A stretch of 64,000 nucleotides of DNA from Alphaproteobacteria bacterium (GCA_965199335.1 CBDAQZ010000004.1:448666-512665), one strand, 5' to 3'. Counted from the first letter of the stretch, positions 8,460 through 21,563 are shown. Numbers and translations: made by a program. Notes: generated by a model from the sequence alone, not told the origin.

Positions 8460-9953
8460 TCAACCCGTCCCGGCGATGGCGAAGGTTTTCACCGGGCCGC
8501 TGCTGCCATTGGCCATGACGCAGTTGCGGCCATTGTGCTTTGCCGCATAGAGCAGCGTATCGGCGGCCGCAATCAGTCCCTGCGCCTCGTTTTCCAGCGC
8601 GGGCATCTGCATCTCGACGCCCAGGCTGATGGTCACTCGTCCATCGGTAGTGCCAGCATGTACGATCTGCAGCGATTCGATGCGCCGGCGGATCTGCTCG
8701 GCCACGAAACGCGCGCCCTCCAGCTGGGTATGCGGCAGTAGGACCACGAATTCCTCACCGCCGTAGCGCGCCACCAGATCGCCCGGACGGCGCACCACCT
8801 CGGCCAGCCCGGCGGCCACGGCCTTCAGGCATTCGTCGCCCGCCGGATGGCCGTAACGGTCGTTGAATAGCTTGAAACAGTCGATATCGATCATGATCGC
8901 GCTGAGCGGCGTCCCGTCGCGGATACCGCGCTTCCATTCGCGCTGCAGGAATTCGTCGAACATGCGACGATTGGCGATGCCGGTCAGCTGGTCGGTCGCC
9001 GCCAGCTGACGCAACTGGTCCTGCGCCGTGCGCAGGCTGCGTTCCAGCCGCTTGCGTTCCGACAGGGCGATGGCGATCGGCAGGGCCATGCAGACGCAGG
9101 TCAGGATGAAGAACTGCGCCATCAGAATGCGCTGCCCCTCGGTCGCACTGAGCATCAGCATGAAGGGGCCGGTGCCGTGCAATGTGAAGAAGCTGACAAC
9201 CACGCCCACGATGAATAGGCCGACGGTCATGCCGGGAAAACCCAGCTGGAAGACGACCAGCGCCACAAAGGGGAAGACGAGGAACAGCAAGGGCAGCTGC
9301 GTCTGCGCAAAGACGAATGTCGTCGCCATGGCAAGCAGCAACAGGACGGTGGCCGTCCTGACAAGGGCCGTTCGCTTCAGCAGGGGACCGAAATCCTTGA
9401 ACAGTACGGTCAGCGTCAGTGGCGTCTCGATGGCCAGGCCCATGCCATGCGCCAGATACCAGACCTGAACCGTCTGCATTATGGGCGTGCCGGCGATATA
9501 ATAGCGGGCCGCGCCGGCCACGACGACGCTGACCGCGGGCGCGACCAGGAAGGCGATCATCATGCGCAGGGCTGAACCGCGATCGGTAAAGTGATGGGCC
9601 GGCCGGTCGGGCCGATAAACGATCATCGCCGCGCACAATATCTCGACGATGTTCGCACTGCTGAGCGCCAACGTGAGCGCGGGCACCGAGCCACGCAGGA
9701 CGCCGACCGTGGCGTTGGCCGTGAAACCCGTCAGTAAATAAGCCACCCAGTAACGCCGGGGGCAAGTCAGCAGCACGCCCAACGTGATGCCGTTGGCAAA
9801 CCATACCACGGCAATGTGGCTTTTGACGGTTACCAGGTTGGATGCGATGAAACTGGCTATCGCCACCATGACCGCCAGGCCGATGATGCTGGAAAGCGGT
9901 GGACAGTAAGTCCGCAGGGAAAACGATCCCGATAGGTCCAGGCTTCTGTTCAC
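8460..9953 (-). CDS. Membrane-anchored diguanylate cyclase with a GGDEF domain
   Basis: The N-terminal half is a polytopic membrane sensor domain (MASE1-like). The C-terminal half is a GGDEF domain with RYGGEEF, and the cyclase lies in a convergent arrangement against the DUF488 gene. Confidence 0.85.
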   Translation of the reverse strand: MNRSLDLSGSFSLRTYCPPLSSIIGLAVMVAIASFIASNLVTVKSHIAVVWFANGITLGVLLTCPRRYWVAYLLTGFTANATVGVLRGSVPALTLALSSANIVEILCAAMIVYRPDRPAHHFTDRGSALRMMIAFLVAPAVSVVVAGAARYYIAGTPIMQTVQVWYLAHGMGLAIETPLTLTVLFKDFGPLLKRTALVRTATVLLLLAMATTFVFAQTQLPLLFLVFPFVALVVFQLGFPGMTVGLFIVGVVVSFFTLHGTGPFMLMLSATEGQRILMAQFFILTCVCMALPIAIALSERKRLERSLRTAQDQLRQLAATDQLTGIANRRMFDEFLQREWKRGIRDGTPLSAIMIDIDCFKLFNDRYGHPAGDECLKAVAAGLAEVVRRPGDLVARYGGEEFVVLLPHTQLEGARFVAEQIRRRIESLQIVHAGTTDGRVTISLGVEMQMPALENEAQGLIAAADTLLYAAKHNGRNCVMANGSSGPVKTFAIAGTG

Positions 9954-10030
9954 ACCGGCATGAATAACCCGGTTTTGGCTAAATCTTGCTTAACCGCGCC
10001 TTTAAACGACCGTCTTTACCGAAATCGACC

Positions 10031-10480
10031 TTACTTAACGCCGGTCGCAGGTCCGGGCGGGCCGCTATTGTCCTTGGTCAGGCGGATTTCGATGCGGCGG
10101 TCGCCCGTGGGGCCCAGCGTATCGTTGGCAGGACCCAGCGGCAGGGTGGTGATGATAGTGGGATCGACACCCAGATCGACCAGGGTTTTCTGTACCAGAG
10201 CGGTTCGGTGGCTGGAGACCTGATGATTTGCCGCCTCGGACCCGACCCTGTCGGAATAGCCGGCGATGATGATGCTTTGCGGCCGCAGCTTGCCGACCGC
10301 GTCGGCGGCGCGCTGCACGATGGCATAGCCATCCGGCGTCAGCTCGGCGCTGTTGGTTTCGAAAAACACGTAATAATCCATAGGGATGCCTGAATAATCC
10401 TCCTGATGATGCGCGCAGCCATCCAGGGTCAGGGAAAGCGGCGCGAATACGAAAAGCGTCAAAAGAAGAAGCCGGCGCAA
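10031..10480 (-). CDS. OmpA-family lipoprotein with a peptidoglycan-binding OmpA_C-like domain
   Basis: Signal peptide with lipobox LDGC, followed by an OmpA C-terminal domain carrying the motif NxxLSxxRA-like SHRTALV. Confidence 0.65.
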   Translation of the reverse strand: MRRLLLLTLFVFAPLSLTLDGCAHHQEDYSGIPMDYYVFFETNSAELTPDGYAIVQRAADAVGKLRPQSIIIAGYSDRVGSEAANHQVSSHRTALVQKTLVDLGVDPTIITTLPLGPANDTLGPTGDRRIEIRLTKDNSGPPGPATGVK

Positions 10481-10636
10481 TGGAAACTCCCTGGCTGTAA
10501 CCTAAACTCTTGTACGCGATGCTCTAAGACGGCGTTGCGCACCTTGGAAGTGTATGTTAGACGAACGCCGTGCAAGCGCAACCGTCTTTCCCGGTGGGCT
10601 TGTTCCACAAAATGTAATTGGCTTTAGAGGCAGAAT

Positions 10637-11185
10637 TTGAGTTCTACCCATACAGCTGTCGCGCGGCGATACGCGGAAGCATTGTTCGAGCTTGCCGAGG
10701 GGCCGGCGCTCGACGGTGTTGCGCGTGACATCGAGGCTTTGCGCGGCATCCTGGCGAAAAGCGCCGACCTGCGCCGCATCGTCGCCAGCCCGCTGGTGTC
10801 GGGCAAGGGTCGTGAAGCCGCGATCAAGGCCATCGCCGAACAGGCGCAGTTCGGCGATATTACCCGCCGTTTCCTGGGCGTGGTCGCACATAACAACCGG
10901 CTGGGCGACATCGGCGACATCGTCGCCGCCTTCCTGAGCGAGGTCGCAGATCGCCGCGGCCTGAAGCAGGTCGAGGTCACTTCCGCCACCCCGCTGGACG
11001 AGGGCCGGCGCGCCGCGATCGAGGCCGGCCTGAACCAGGCGCTGGCGGCGAAGACCGTGCTGACCCTGAAAATAGATCCCGCCATCATCGGCGGCCTTGT
11101 CATCCGCGTCGGCTCACGCCTGATCGACGCATCCGTAAAAACCAAGCTGGACCGTCTGGCACGCGTCCTTAAAACAGCAGCCTAA
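10637..11185 (+). CDS. atpH: F0F1 ATP synthase subunit delta (OSCP)
   Basis: The N-terminus reads ...ARRYAEALFELAEG, and the gene sits directly upstream of atpA. The start is probably non-ATG. Confidence 0.85.
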   Translation: MSSTHTAVARRYAEALFELAEGPALDGVARDIEALRGILAKSADLRRIVASPLVSGKGREAAIKAIAEQAQFGDITRRFLGVVAHNNRLGDIGDIVAAFLSEVADRRGLKQVEVTSATPLDEGRRAAIEAGLNQALAAKTVLTLKIDPAIIGGLVIRVGSRLIDASVKTKLDRLARVLKTAA

Positions 11186-11197
11186 CTGGAAGACTGA

Positions 11198-12733
<1,536 letters not shown>

Positions 12734-12820
12734 TGTCTTTTGTTGACCCGTCATCCTGGACAGGCCCGCAGGGCGGCGCTTCGGGATTTATAGCCCGCTT
12801 TCCGCAAGGGCGGAACGATG

Positions 12821-12849
12821 GACCCCGGATCAAGTCCGGGGTGACGATG
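12821..12849. repeat. Half-copy of the dispersed CCGGGATGAC palindromic element, copy b
   Basis: The sequence is gaccccggatcaagtccggggtgacgATG. It directly abuts the predicted start codon of the inserted ORF at 12847. Confidence 0.45.
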
Positions 12850-13302
12850 TACGCGGCCATATTGGTCGCGACCGCTACACCGCAGGCAGTGCGGGCGGAC
12901 CCCTGCCTTGCCTATGGCGAACAGACGACGCTATCGGGCACGATGGCCATGGTATCGCCATGCCCGTCCGCCGAGGAACCTGGCCTGCATCAGCGCGCCT
13001 GCAAGGATTCGATGCCGGCCCGCCGAGTGCTTGTCCTGCCACAGGCGATCTGCGTCATCCAGGACGGCGGACTCCACCTCGATGCCGCGACCGAGTCCGT
13101 GACGGAAGTCGAACTCGATTATCCTGGCCACAACCCCTTGCCACCGGGCAACTACAATCTTCCGGCGGAGGTTTTTCTTGCACCGGGGAGCAAAGTGACG
13201 GCGGTAGGCAAGCTGGCTCATGGCAAGGACAATTTCTGGGTGACGGATTATGTTTTCAAGGCAATATCGGTAAAGGCGCATAGCGATCATGCCCAGCCTT
13301 AA
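12847..13302 (+). CDS. Hypothetical secreted Cys-containing protein inserted between atpA and atpG
   Basis: Signal peptide MYAAILVATATPQAVRA. The stop lies inside a degenerate duplicate of the atpG 5' end (atgcccagccttaaggac at 13289). The annotated ORF begins at 12733 but that would overlap the atpA stop. Confidence 0.45.
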   Translation: MYAAILVATATPQAVRADPCLAYGEQTTLSGTMAMVSPCPSAEEPGLHQRACKDSMPARRVLVLPQAICVIQDGGLHLDAATESVTEVELDYPGHNPLPPGNYNLPAEVFLAPGSKVTAVGKLAHGKDNFWVTDYVFKAISVKAHSDHAQP

Positions 13303-13398
13303 GGACATTCGCATCGGCTCGGCCAGGTCGCCGCTCGGGATTGCCTCGGCGATAGGGGCAGGCAGAGAAAGCGCGAAAGCAATTCGCGTAACCGTCCT

Positions 13399-14010
13399 AT
13401 GAAAAAGTTCTGGCCATTCGTACTGGGCGTTCTCGCGTTGCCGGTTTTGATCGTAGTCTGGATAATTGTGGGCACACGGCAGTACGATGTTGCCGATGTC
13501 GTATATACGGTGCATTCGGGGGACGATTTGTGCCAGACCTTTGCCTATTCCAGGCGGAACTCCTCTCCCTATGCTGTAATTGCCGGGTTAGGAATATGGC
13601 TTGATGAAACTGGCAATCTGGTTTCCGACATATCCTTTCAAGCAGAAGAACCCGATGCCATCGGGTCCGGCCATGCCGTTGAGTTAACGCCGTTGACGCT
13701 GGTCTTCAACAAAGTCGGCTGGTCGTTTCATAATGCCAAAAAAGTGGTTGATCTGAACGTGCTGAATCTGATGATCGCTGATGAAAAGCTTACCGGGAGC
13801 GTGAAGGATGAATTCCTTTCCGGGCACTTCAACATCAGGTCCGATGTAAGCTTCCTGAAGCCGAGCAAATACCACTTTCATGCGGCTGTACCCTCGGCTG
13901 TCGTGAACTCGTTCGAAAATTGTTTGAATGTCATAAGCGAAGCCAGGAATTTGACGCCTGGCAATGTTGCCGCACGTTATTCGGGAGGTAAGTTCGATGC
14001 CCAGCCTTAA
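13399..14010 (+). CDS. Hypothetical membrane-anchored protein in the lower-GC insert, overlapping the atpG start
   Basis: N-terminal TM helix, and lower GC than the surrounding operon. The gene ends FDAQP* within the genuine atpG start sequence. Confidence 0.5.
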   Translation: MKKFWPFVLGVLALPVLIVVWIIVGTRQYDVADVVYTVHSGDDLCQTFAYSRRNSSPYAVIAGLGIWLDETGNLVSDISFQAEEPDAIGSGHAVELTPLTLVFNKVGWSFHNAKKVVDLNVLNLMIADEKLTGSVKDEFLSGHFNIRSDVSFLKPSKYHFHAAVPSAVVNSFENCLNVISEARNLTPGNVAARYSGGKFDAQP

Positions 14011-14884
14011 AGACCTCCGCACGCGCATCGGTTCGGTCAAGTCGACACGCAAGATCACCTCGGCGATGAAGATGGTCGCGGCCGCGAAACTGCGCCGTGC
14101 GCAGGAGCATGCCGAGGCGGGACAGCCTTACGCCGACCGCATGGCCGGCATGCTGTCGCGCCTGGCCGCCAACATCACGCCGGGACCGACGACATCGAAG
14201 CTGCTGACCGGCACCGGGCGCGACTTGGTGCACCTGGTCGTGGTCATCACGTCGGACCGCGGCCTAGCCGGCGGCTTCAACTTCACCGCCGCGCGCGAGG
14301 CGAGGCGGCTGACGCAGCGCCTGCTGTCGGAAGGCAAGACGGTCAAGCTGATCACGCTGGGCCGCAAGGGACGCGAATCGCTGCGCCGCGACCACGCCGC
14401 GCGCATGCTGGACTACGCCGATACCGGCACGACCAAGGTTTCCTTCGCCGATGCCGAGGCGGTCGCCGAATTCATGCTGGGCATGTTCGAGCGCCACGAG
14501 TTCGACGTCGCCAGCATCGTCTACAACCGCTTCAAGTCGGTGATCGCGCAGATCCCGACCGTGCAGCAGGTGATACCGTTCAAGCTGGAAAAACCTGTCG
14601 CCAACGAAAACGCCACCGTCGGCCCCAAGCCGGTGTACGAGTTCGAGCCCAGCGAGGAGGAAATCCTGGCCGCGCTGCTGCCGCGCAACCTGGCCGTCCA
14701 GATCTACCGCGCCCTGCTGGACAGCGCGGCAGGCGAGCAGGCGGCGCGCATGACCGCGATGGACAACGCCACGCGCAACGCCGGCGACATGATCAACAAG
14801 CTGACGCTGAACTACAACCGCGCCCGCCAGGCGTACATCACCAAGGAGCTGATCGAGATCATCTCCGGCGCAGAGGCAGTATGA
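13997..14884 (+). CDS. atpG: F0F1 ATP synthase subunit gamma
   Basis: [36 protein letters not shown] is the canonical gamma N-terminus. Confidence 0.92.
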   Translation: MPSLKDLRTRIGSVKSTRKITSAMKMVAAAKLRRAQEHAEAGQPYADRMAGMLSRLAANITPGPTTSKLLTGTGRDLVHLVVVITSDRGLAGGFNFTAAREARRLTQRLLSEGKTVKLITLGRKGRESLRRDHAARMLDYADTGTTKVSFADAEAVAEFMLGMFERHEFDVASIVYNRFKSVIAQIPTVQQVIPFKLEKPVANENATVGPKPVYEFEPSEEEILAALLPRNLAVQIYRALLDSAAGEQAARMTAMDNATRNAGDMINKLTLNYNRARQAYITKELIEIISGAEAV

Positions 14885-15126
14885 CCACCAAATTGCTCAA
14901 TGTTACATCGGGCCTTGGCTTTCTGGACGGGCTGTACCCCATTCAGAAAACCCCCGCGCAGGAAACGCCCTTTTCCAGCCTGACCGCGCACCGCACGACC
15001 CACGCCGCGCACCGGGTGATCGGTGTCGACAAGGGCATCGTCAATGGCAGCGTCAACAGCTCGAACCATAACTTACGCCAGATGGCACGTCGCGCAACGA
15101 GCGCGCGCGCGTCTCTGGATTTCTAG
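14881..15126 (+). CDS. Possible small ORF (81 aa) in the unusually long atpG–atpD spacer
   Basis: The ORF overlaps the atpG stop (ATGA). It has no recognisable family and could equally be non-coding leader. Confidence 0.2.
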   Translation: MTTKLLNVTSGLGFLDGLYPIQKTPAQETPFSSLTAHRTTHAAHRVIGVDKGIVNGSVNSSNHNLRQMARRATSARASLDF

Positions 15127-16575
<1,449 letters not shown>

Positions 16576-16579
16576 CCAT

Positions 16580-17011
16580 ATGGGCAAGCCGTTCACCTTC
16601 GAACTCGTCTCTCCGGAAAAGCTGGTCTTCTCCGGCGAGGCCGAGATGGTCGTCATCCCCGCCGAGGAAGGCGATCTGGGCGTCCTGGCAGAGCATGCGC
16701 CATTGATCGCGACCGTGCGCCCGGGAGTCATCCGCGTCTACAACAACGGCGCCGTCAGCAAGCGTGTCTTCGTCGCCGGCGGCTTCGTCGAGGTGACGGC
16801 CGACCGCTGCACCATGCTGGCCGACGCCGCGACGGACGTGACGCAGATCGACCGCGGCCAGGCCGAGCAGGACCTGCTGAAGCTGAACACCGAATCCCCG
16901 ACCGCGACCGACCGCCACGCCGCCGAAGTGCAGAAGCGCAAACTGGCCGTCGCCAAGGCCAAGGTCGCGGCCGCAGGCGGCAACTACGCGCAGCCGGAGC
17001 GGACGCACTAA
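16580..17011 (+). CDS. atpC: F0F1 ATP synthase subunit epsilon
   Basis: A 143-aa protein immediately after atpD with epsilon-like sequence. Confidence 0.9.
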   Translation: MGKPFTFELVSPEKLVFSGEAEMVVIPAEEGDLGVLAEHAPLIATVRPGVIRVYNNGAVSKRVFVAGGFVEVTADRCTMLADAATDVTQIDRGQAEQDLLKLNTESPTATDRHAAEVQKRKLAVAKAKVAAAGGNYAQPERTH

Positions 17012-17015
17012 TTAT

Positions 17016-17113
17016 TGTCATTCCGGATGTGGCAGCAAGCCATGTCCGGAATCCACAGGCTTTCGACGCGGCGACCGCAGCATGGATTCCGGCTCTGAGC
17101 CCGGGAATGACAG
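17016..17113. repeat. Dispersed palindromic element with nested inverted repeats, copy c
   Basis: Ends tgtcattccgga and cccgggaatgacag enclose an inner pair ccggaatcca and tggattccgg. The final bases gacaggag supply the SD for the next gene. Confidence 0.6.
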
Positions 17114-17122
17114 GAGTGTACG

Positions 17123-18253
17123 ATGACCGATAAATTCCGTCTCGACGAAGTTCACAGCTGGATGTTCGACCATGCCCTGCCGTTATGGTGCGATGCGGGG
17201 CAGGATGCGCCGGGGCTTGGTTTCCATGAGCTGGTCGGGCTTGACGGCAGGCCGGTCGATCCCGGGTTCAAGCGCATGCGCGTGCAGGCACGCCAGATCT
17301 ATACCTACTGCCATGCGGCGACGCTGGGCTGGAAGGGCCCGGCGCTGCAGGCGGCGGCGAACGGCGTCGACTTCATCCTGGCCCATGGCCGGCTGGCCGA
17401 TGGCGGCTGGGCGACGAAGCTGGGTCCCAGGGGTGAGCAACTCGACACAGAACCCAATTCCTACGACCATGCCTTCGTGATCTTCGCGCTCGGCTGGTAC
17501 TACAAGCTGACGGGCGATTGCGACCTGCTCGAACACATCCATCGCACGCTCGATTTCATGGAAGGGCACTTACGCCATCCGACCGGGCTCGGCTTTCTGA
17601 CGACGCGGACCCATCAGAAGATGGAGCAGGACCCCAACATGCATTTCCTCGAGGCGATGCTGGTCCTGTACGAGGCGACGGGCGAATCGCGCTTCGCCGA
17701 GGAAGCCCGCACGATCCTCACCCTGTTCGCCGAGCATATCCACCAGCCGGAAACCGCCGTGCTGCTGGAGGATTTCGACCTCGACTGGGAACCGCCCGGC
17801 GATCCCGCGCATCGCATCGTCGAGCCGGGGCATCATTTCGAATGGGCCTGGCTGCTGTGGCAGGCAAAGCGCATTGTCGGGGACGACGTCATGCCGTTCG
17901 TGCCGCAGATCTTCGCCTTCGCCGACAAATACGGCAGCAGTCCGGATGGCCTGGTCTATGACGACGTGTTCGAACATGGCACGGTACTGAACCCGACGCA
18001 CCGCACCTGGGTACAGACCGAGGCGATCAAGGGCTATATCACCATGGCCGAGTTCACCGGCGCGGATCATTCGGCCCGGATCGCGCAGTTGGTGGATATC
18101 CTTTTGGACCAGTACCTGAACACCGCGATCCCGGGCCTGTGGACGGACCAGCCGACAGCCGTATCGAAGGCGACCTCCGCGCCGGCCAGCACGTTCTATC
18201 ACATATTCCTCGCCTTTGCGGAATTGCAACGCTGGGGACGCGCGAGCGCCTGA
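17123..18253 (+). CDS. AGE-family epimerase/isomerase (N-acylglucosamine 2-epimerase-like, alpha/alpha toroid)
   Basis: A 376-aa protein with AGE-family sequence features throughout. Assigned by eye. Confidence 0.55.
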   Translation: MTDKFRLDEVHSWMFDHALPLWCDAGQDAPGLGFHELVGLDGRPVDPGFKRMRVQARQIYTYCHAATLGWKGPALQAAANGVDFILAHGRLADGGWATKLGPRGEQLDTEPNSYDHAFVIFALGWYYKLTGDCDLLEHIHRTLDFMEGHLRHPTGLGFLTTRTHQKMEQDPNMHFLEAMLVLYEATGESRFAEEARTILTLFAEHIHQPETAVLLEDFDLDWEPPGDPAHRIVEPGHHFEWAWLLWQAKRIVGDDVMPFVPQIFAFADKYGSSPDGLVYDDVFEHGTVLNPTHRTWVQTEAIKGYITMAEFTGADHSARIAQLVDILLDQYLNTAIPGLWTDQPTAVSKATSAPASTFYHIFLAFAELQRWGRASA

Positions 18254-18371
18254 GAGGTAGAGGCGTTGTTGCAAATCGGTCGCAGGTGCCGTATGTCGGT
18301 AAGGGTGTGGCGGAACGTGTGCTCCAAATCGCCTCTTACAGTTTATCTATTGCGTATGGTGGCCTGCCTTT

Positions 18372-19190
18372 ATGTCTAAACACTGGACTCTGGACGATAT
18401 TCCCTGGGACAAGTTCGACCGCTCGAAGGTCAGCCCGGATATCGAGAAGATCGTGCGCGCTGCCGCGCTGGTCGAGGCCAACGCCGACCACTACACCGCC
18501 TATCTGTGCAACGTGTTCGAGGGCGACAAGGATTTCTGCCAGGAGTGCCTGGAATGGGCGCGCGAGGAAGTGCAGCACGGCGCCGCCCTGGGCAGATGGG
18601 CCAGCATCGTCGATCCCAGCTTCGACTTCGACACCGCCTTCAGCCGCTTCCGCAAAGGCTTCAATATCGAGACCGACGTCAGCGCCTCGGTGCGCGGCTC
18701 GCGCTCGGGCGAGCTGATCGCGCGTTGCATGGTTGAGACCGGTACCAGCTCATATTACGCCGCTCTGGGCGACGCCACGGACGAGCCGGTGCTGAAGGTG
18801 ATCTGTGCCCGCATAGCCGCGGACGAGTTGCGCCATTACAAGCTGTTTTACGACAATCTGAAGCGCTACATCGCATCGGAGAACATCAACAAGATACGGC
18901 GTGTCCAAATCGCGCTGGGCCGCATCGTGGAGACCGAGGACGACGAGCTAGCCTATGCCTATTACGCCGCCAACGTCTTCGACGAGCCCTACGAGCGCAA
19001 GGTGCATTCCCGCGAATACACCCGCCGCGCTTACAAGCTTTACCAGGTCCAGCACATGGACCGCGCCATGGGCATGATCTTCAAGGCCTGCGGCCTGAAG
19101 CCGCAGACCGGCATGTTCCGCATCGCTCAGCGCCTCGGCTGGTTCCTGGTGAACAACCGTTCCCGCCAGCTGAACAAGATCGCGGCGTGA
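18372..19190 (+). CDS. Ferritin-like (diiron/rubrerythrin-like) domain protein
   Basis: Paired E...ExxH-like motifs (EEVQHGAALG and AADELRHYKLF). Confidence 0.45.
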   Translation: MSKHWTLDDIPWDKFDRSKVSPDIEKIVRAAALVEANADHYTAYLCNVFEGDKDFCQECLEWAREEVQHGAALGRWASIVDPSFDFDTAFSRFRKGFNIETDVSASVRGSRSGELIARCMVETGTSSYYAALGDATDEPVLKVICARIAADELRHYKLFYDNLKRYIASENINKIRRVQIALGRIVETEDDELAYAYYAANVFDEPYERKVHSREYTRRAYKLYQVQHMDRAMGMIFKACGLKPQTGMFRIAQRLGWFLVNNRSRQLNKIAA

Positions 19191-19225
19191 GTTTCCGGTG
19201 GTCTGGCGGATGGCTAGAATAGAAA

Positions 19226-19319
19226 TCGTCATTCAGGATCGCGCAGCGTATCCGGAATCCATACGGTCCATACACGTCAACAGGGTTATGGATTCCGGTC
19301 CTGCTGACCGGAATGACAG
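19226..19319. repeat. Dispersed palindromic element, copy d, closely related to copy c
   Basis: Ends cgtcattcagga and ccggaatgacag, with inner inverted repeats tccggaatccata and tatggattccgg. Confidence 0.6.
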
Positions 19320-19328
19320 TAACTCCAC

Positions 19329-19625
19329 ATGAATAACACCGCTGTACTGCTGATTCCCGAACACAGCCCCTGGCGCTACGCGCTGGTGTTCCCGATCATG
19401 TTCGTTCTGGGGCTGGAGCTGGTGCTGTTCGTGAGGCTGATCCGCAAGTACCGCAAGCCGTATATACCCCTGCTGGCGATGCTGGGCATGTTCGTGCTGA
19501 ACTTCGTGCTGTACGACCAGCTGCTGTTCCTGCCGCCGATCGAATTTCCTGCCGATGCTACGCCGCCACAACCGTCAGCGACACCCCCAGCACCCGTCCC
19601 CTCGTCTCCGGCCAAGCCTCACTAG
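19329..19625 (+). CDS. Hypothetical small membrane protein with a Pro/Ala-rich tail
   Basis: Two TM helices followed by a proline-rich C-terminus. Its start sits right after repeat copy d. Confidence 0.3.
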   Translation: MNNTAVLLIPEHSPWRYALVFPIMFVLGLELVLFVRLIRKYRKPYIPLLAMLGMFVLNFVLYDQLLFLPPIEFPADATPPQPSATPPAPVPSSPAKPH

Positions 19626-19638
19626 ACAGGCAGGTGCC

Positions 19639-20850
19639 TTATTCCGCGGCTATCTCCAGCCCGGGCCCCATGACCTGCACCAGCGCTTCCGCCAGGACCG
19701 CGATCAACTCGGGTCCGTGCAGCGGCGTCGGGGTCAGGCGGATGCGTTCGGTGCCGCGCGGCACCGTGGGATAGTTGATCGGCTGCACGTAGATATCGTG
19801 TTCGGCCATCAGCCGGTCGCAGATCGCGCGGCATTTCACCGCGTCGCCCACCATCACGGGCACGATATGGCTGGTGCCCGCAATCACCGGCAGGCCGCGC
19901 GACAGCAATGCCGATTTCAGCATCGTGGCATGCGCCTGCTGCGCCGTACGCTCGGCCTCGCTGCCGCGCAGATGGCGGATGCTGGCCAGAGCGCCCGCCG
20001 CGACCACCGGCGGGATCGAGGTGGTGAAGATGAAGCCCGAGGCGAAGCTGCGGATGAAATCGACCAGGACGCCGGACCCCGCGATGTAGCCGCCGACCAC
20101 GCCGTAGGCCTTGCCCAGCGTACCCTCGATGATGTCGATGCGGTGCGCGACGCCGTCCCGCGCGGCGACGCCTGCGCCATGCGGCCCGTACATGCCGACG
20201 GCGTGGACTTCGTCCAGATAGGTCATCGCACCGTAGCATTCGGCCAGTTCCACGATCGCGGCGATCGGGGCGATGTCGCCCTCCATCGAATAGACTGATT
20301 CGAACACCACGATCTTTGGCCGCTTCGGATCGCTGGCCTGCAGCAATTCCTCCAAATGGCCAACATCGTTGTGGCGGAAGATCTTCTTCTCCACCCGCGC
20401 CAGCGACAGGCCCTGGATGATCGAGGCGTGGTTGCCGGCATCGGAGAACACCAGGCAGTCGGGCAGCCGCCGCGCCAGCGTCGCCAGCGCCGCCTCGTTG
20501 GCGACATAGCCCGAGGAAAACAGAAGCGCCCCCTGCTTGCCGTGCAGCGAGGCCAGTTCGGCCTCCAGCTCGACATGGTATTTCGTGGTGCCGGAGATAT
20601 TGCGCGTGCCGCCCGCGCCCGCGCCGGTCGCATCCAGCGCCGCATGCATCGCTTCGATCACCACCGGGCTCTGGCCCATTCCCAGATAATCGTTGCTGCA
20701 CCAGATCGCGACCTCGCGCGGGCCGTCCGGGCCATGATAGAGGGCGAAGGGGAATTTGCCGCGCTGGCGTTCCATCGTGGCGAAGTGGCGATAATGCCCC
20801 TCGGCCTTCAACTGGGCGATCTGCCCGGCAAAAAAATCGTCGTAGTCCAT
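19639..20850 (-). CDS. hemA: 5-aminolevulinate synthase
   Basis: A 403-aa PLP-dependent enzyme with a typical alphaproteobacterial ALAS sequence, including [21 protein letters not shown]. Confidence 0.95.
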   Translation of the reverse strand: MDYDDFFAGQIAQLKAEGHYRHFATMERQRGKFPFALYHGPDGPREVAIWCSNDYLGMGQSPVVIEAMHAALDATGAGAGGTRNISGTTKYHVELEAELASLHGKQGALLFSSGYVANEAALATLARRLPDCLVFSDAGNHASIIQGLSLARVEKKIFRHNDVGHLEELLQASDPKRPKIVVFESVYSMEGDIAPIAAIVELAECYGAMTYLDEVHAVGMYGPHGAGVAARDGVAHRIDIIEGTLGKAYGVVGGYIAGSGVLVDFIRSFASGFIFTTSIPPVVAAGALASIRHLRGSEAERTAQQAHATMLKSALLSRGLPVIAGTSHIVPVMVGDAVKCRAICDRLMAEHDIYVQPINYPTVPRGTERIRLTPTPLHGPELIAVLAEALVQVMGPGLEIAAE

Positions 20851-20899
20851 GCGCGTCCCGACTCTGGAAGATCATCCATATACATCCAGCGGCACAATA

Positions 20900-20935
20900 A
20901 GCAAAAGGCCCGGAGTCGCCCCCGGGCCTTTTCCC
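20900..20935 (-). terminator. Rho-independent terminator after the Gly/Thr-rich gene
   Basis: Hairpin ggcccggagtcgcccccgggcc, flanked by T and A tracts. Confidence 0.55.
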
Positions 20936-20953
20936 TGTAATAAGGCCCGAGCC

Positions 20954-21418
20954 TTACTGGACCGAAGAATCGGGCGTGCTGGGCGTCGTGCCGGCTGCGC
21001 CGGTGGACGACGACGTGCCCGTCGTACCCGTGCTGCCACCGGTTGCGGTCGTGCCATTGGAGCCCATGCCGGTGGTTCCCATGGTCGTGCCCATCCCCGA
21101 GCTTGCTCCCATCGTGCCCGTGCCCGTCGTACCCGTACCCGTACCCGTGCCCGTACCCACGGTTCCGGTGCCGCCGTTATACTGGCTGGTGCCCGTGCCG
21201 CTGTTGTACTGGCTGGAACCCGTGCCGCTGCCGTTGTACTGGCTGCCCATGCCGCCGGTCACACCCGCGCCGACACCCGATCCGGCGGCGCCCACACCTG
21301 CGGCGGCTCCGGCGTTCGTTCCGGTCCCCGTGCCACCACCGCCCGAGCCGGCGGCATGGGCCGCAACCGACAGGCCAAGGGTAAGTGCGGTCGCCGTGGC
21401 GAGAATAATCCTGTTCAT
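20954..21418 (-). CDS. Secreted Gly/Thr-rich low-complexity repeat protein
   Basis: Signal peptide MNRIILATATALTLGLSVAAHA with a good RBS. It carries repeats of SQYNxGTGT and a (GT)n tract. The annotated ORF extends to 21781 but the upstream part has no RBS or signal. Confidence 0.55.
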   Translation of the reverse strand: MNRIILATATALTLGLSVAAHAAGSGGGGTGTGTNAGAAAGVGAAGSGVGAGVTGGMGSQYNGSGTGSSQYNSGTGTSQYNGGTGTVGTGTGTGTGTTGTGTMGASSGMGTTMGTTGMGSNGTTATGGSTGTTGTSSSTGAAGTTPSTPDSSVQ

Positions 21419-21563
21419 CGTAGCGTCTCCTGTTTGATCAGCCCCACCAGAACCCCCCATGCCGTCCTTGCGTTCCCCGGCGAAATTCACCAAAGCTGTT
21501 AAGACTTGCAAATGCGGGACGGAGCGTGAGACAAACGGCCCGTTCATGTCAGAAAGGTTTTTT

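Noticed and set aside
10480-10640. An imperfect inverted repeat (gacggcgttgcgc...gcgcaaccgtc) upstream of atpH
   Set aside because: Probably just a leader secondary structure or promoter region of the atp operon. It is too imperfect and unique to call as a feature.
19622-20875. A 417-aa minus-strand ORF overlapping hemA in another frame
   Set aside because: It is an alternative frame of hemA. The hemA frame gives a canonical ALAS protein, while this frame gives an RG-rich translation.
20976-21437. Proline-rich ORFs (PVPVPVP...) on the plus strand
   Set aside because: They are the reverse-complement reading of the (GT)n/Gly-Thr repeat gene. The minus-strand gene has the signal peptide, RBS and terminator.
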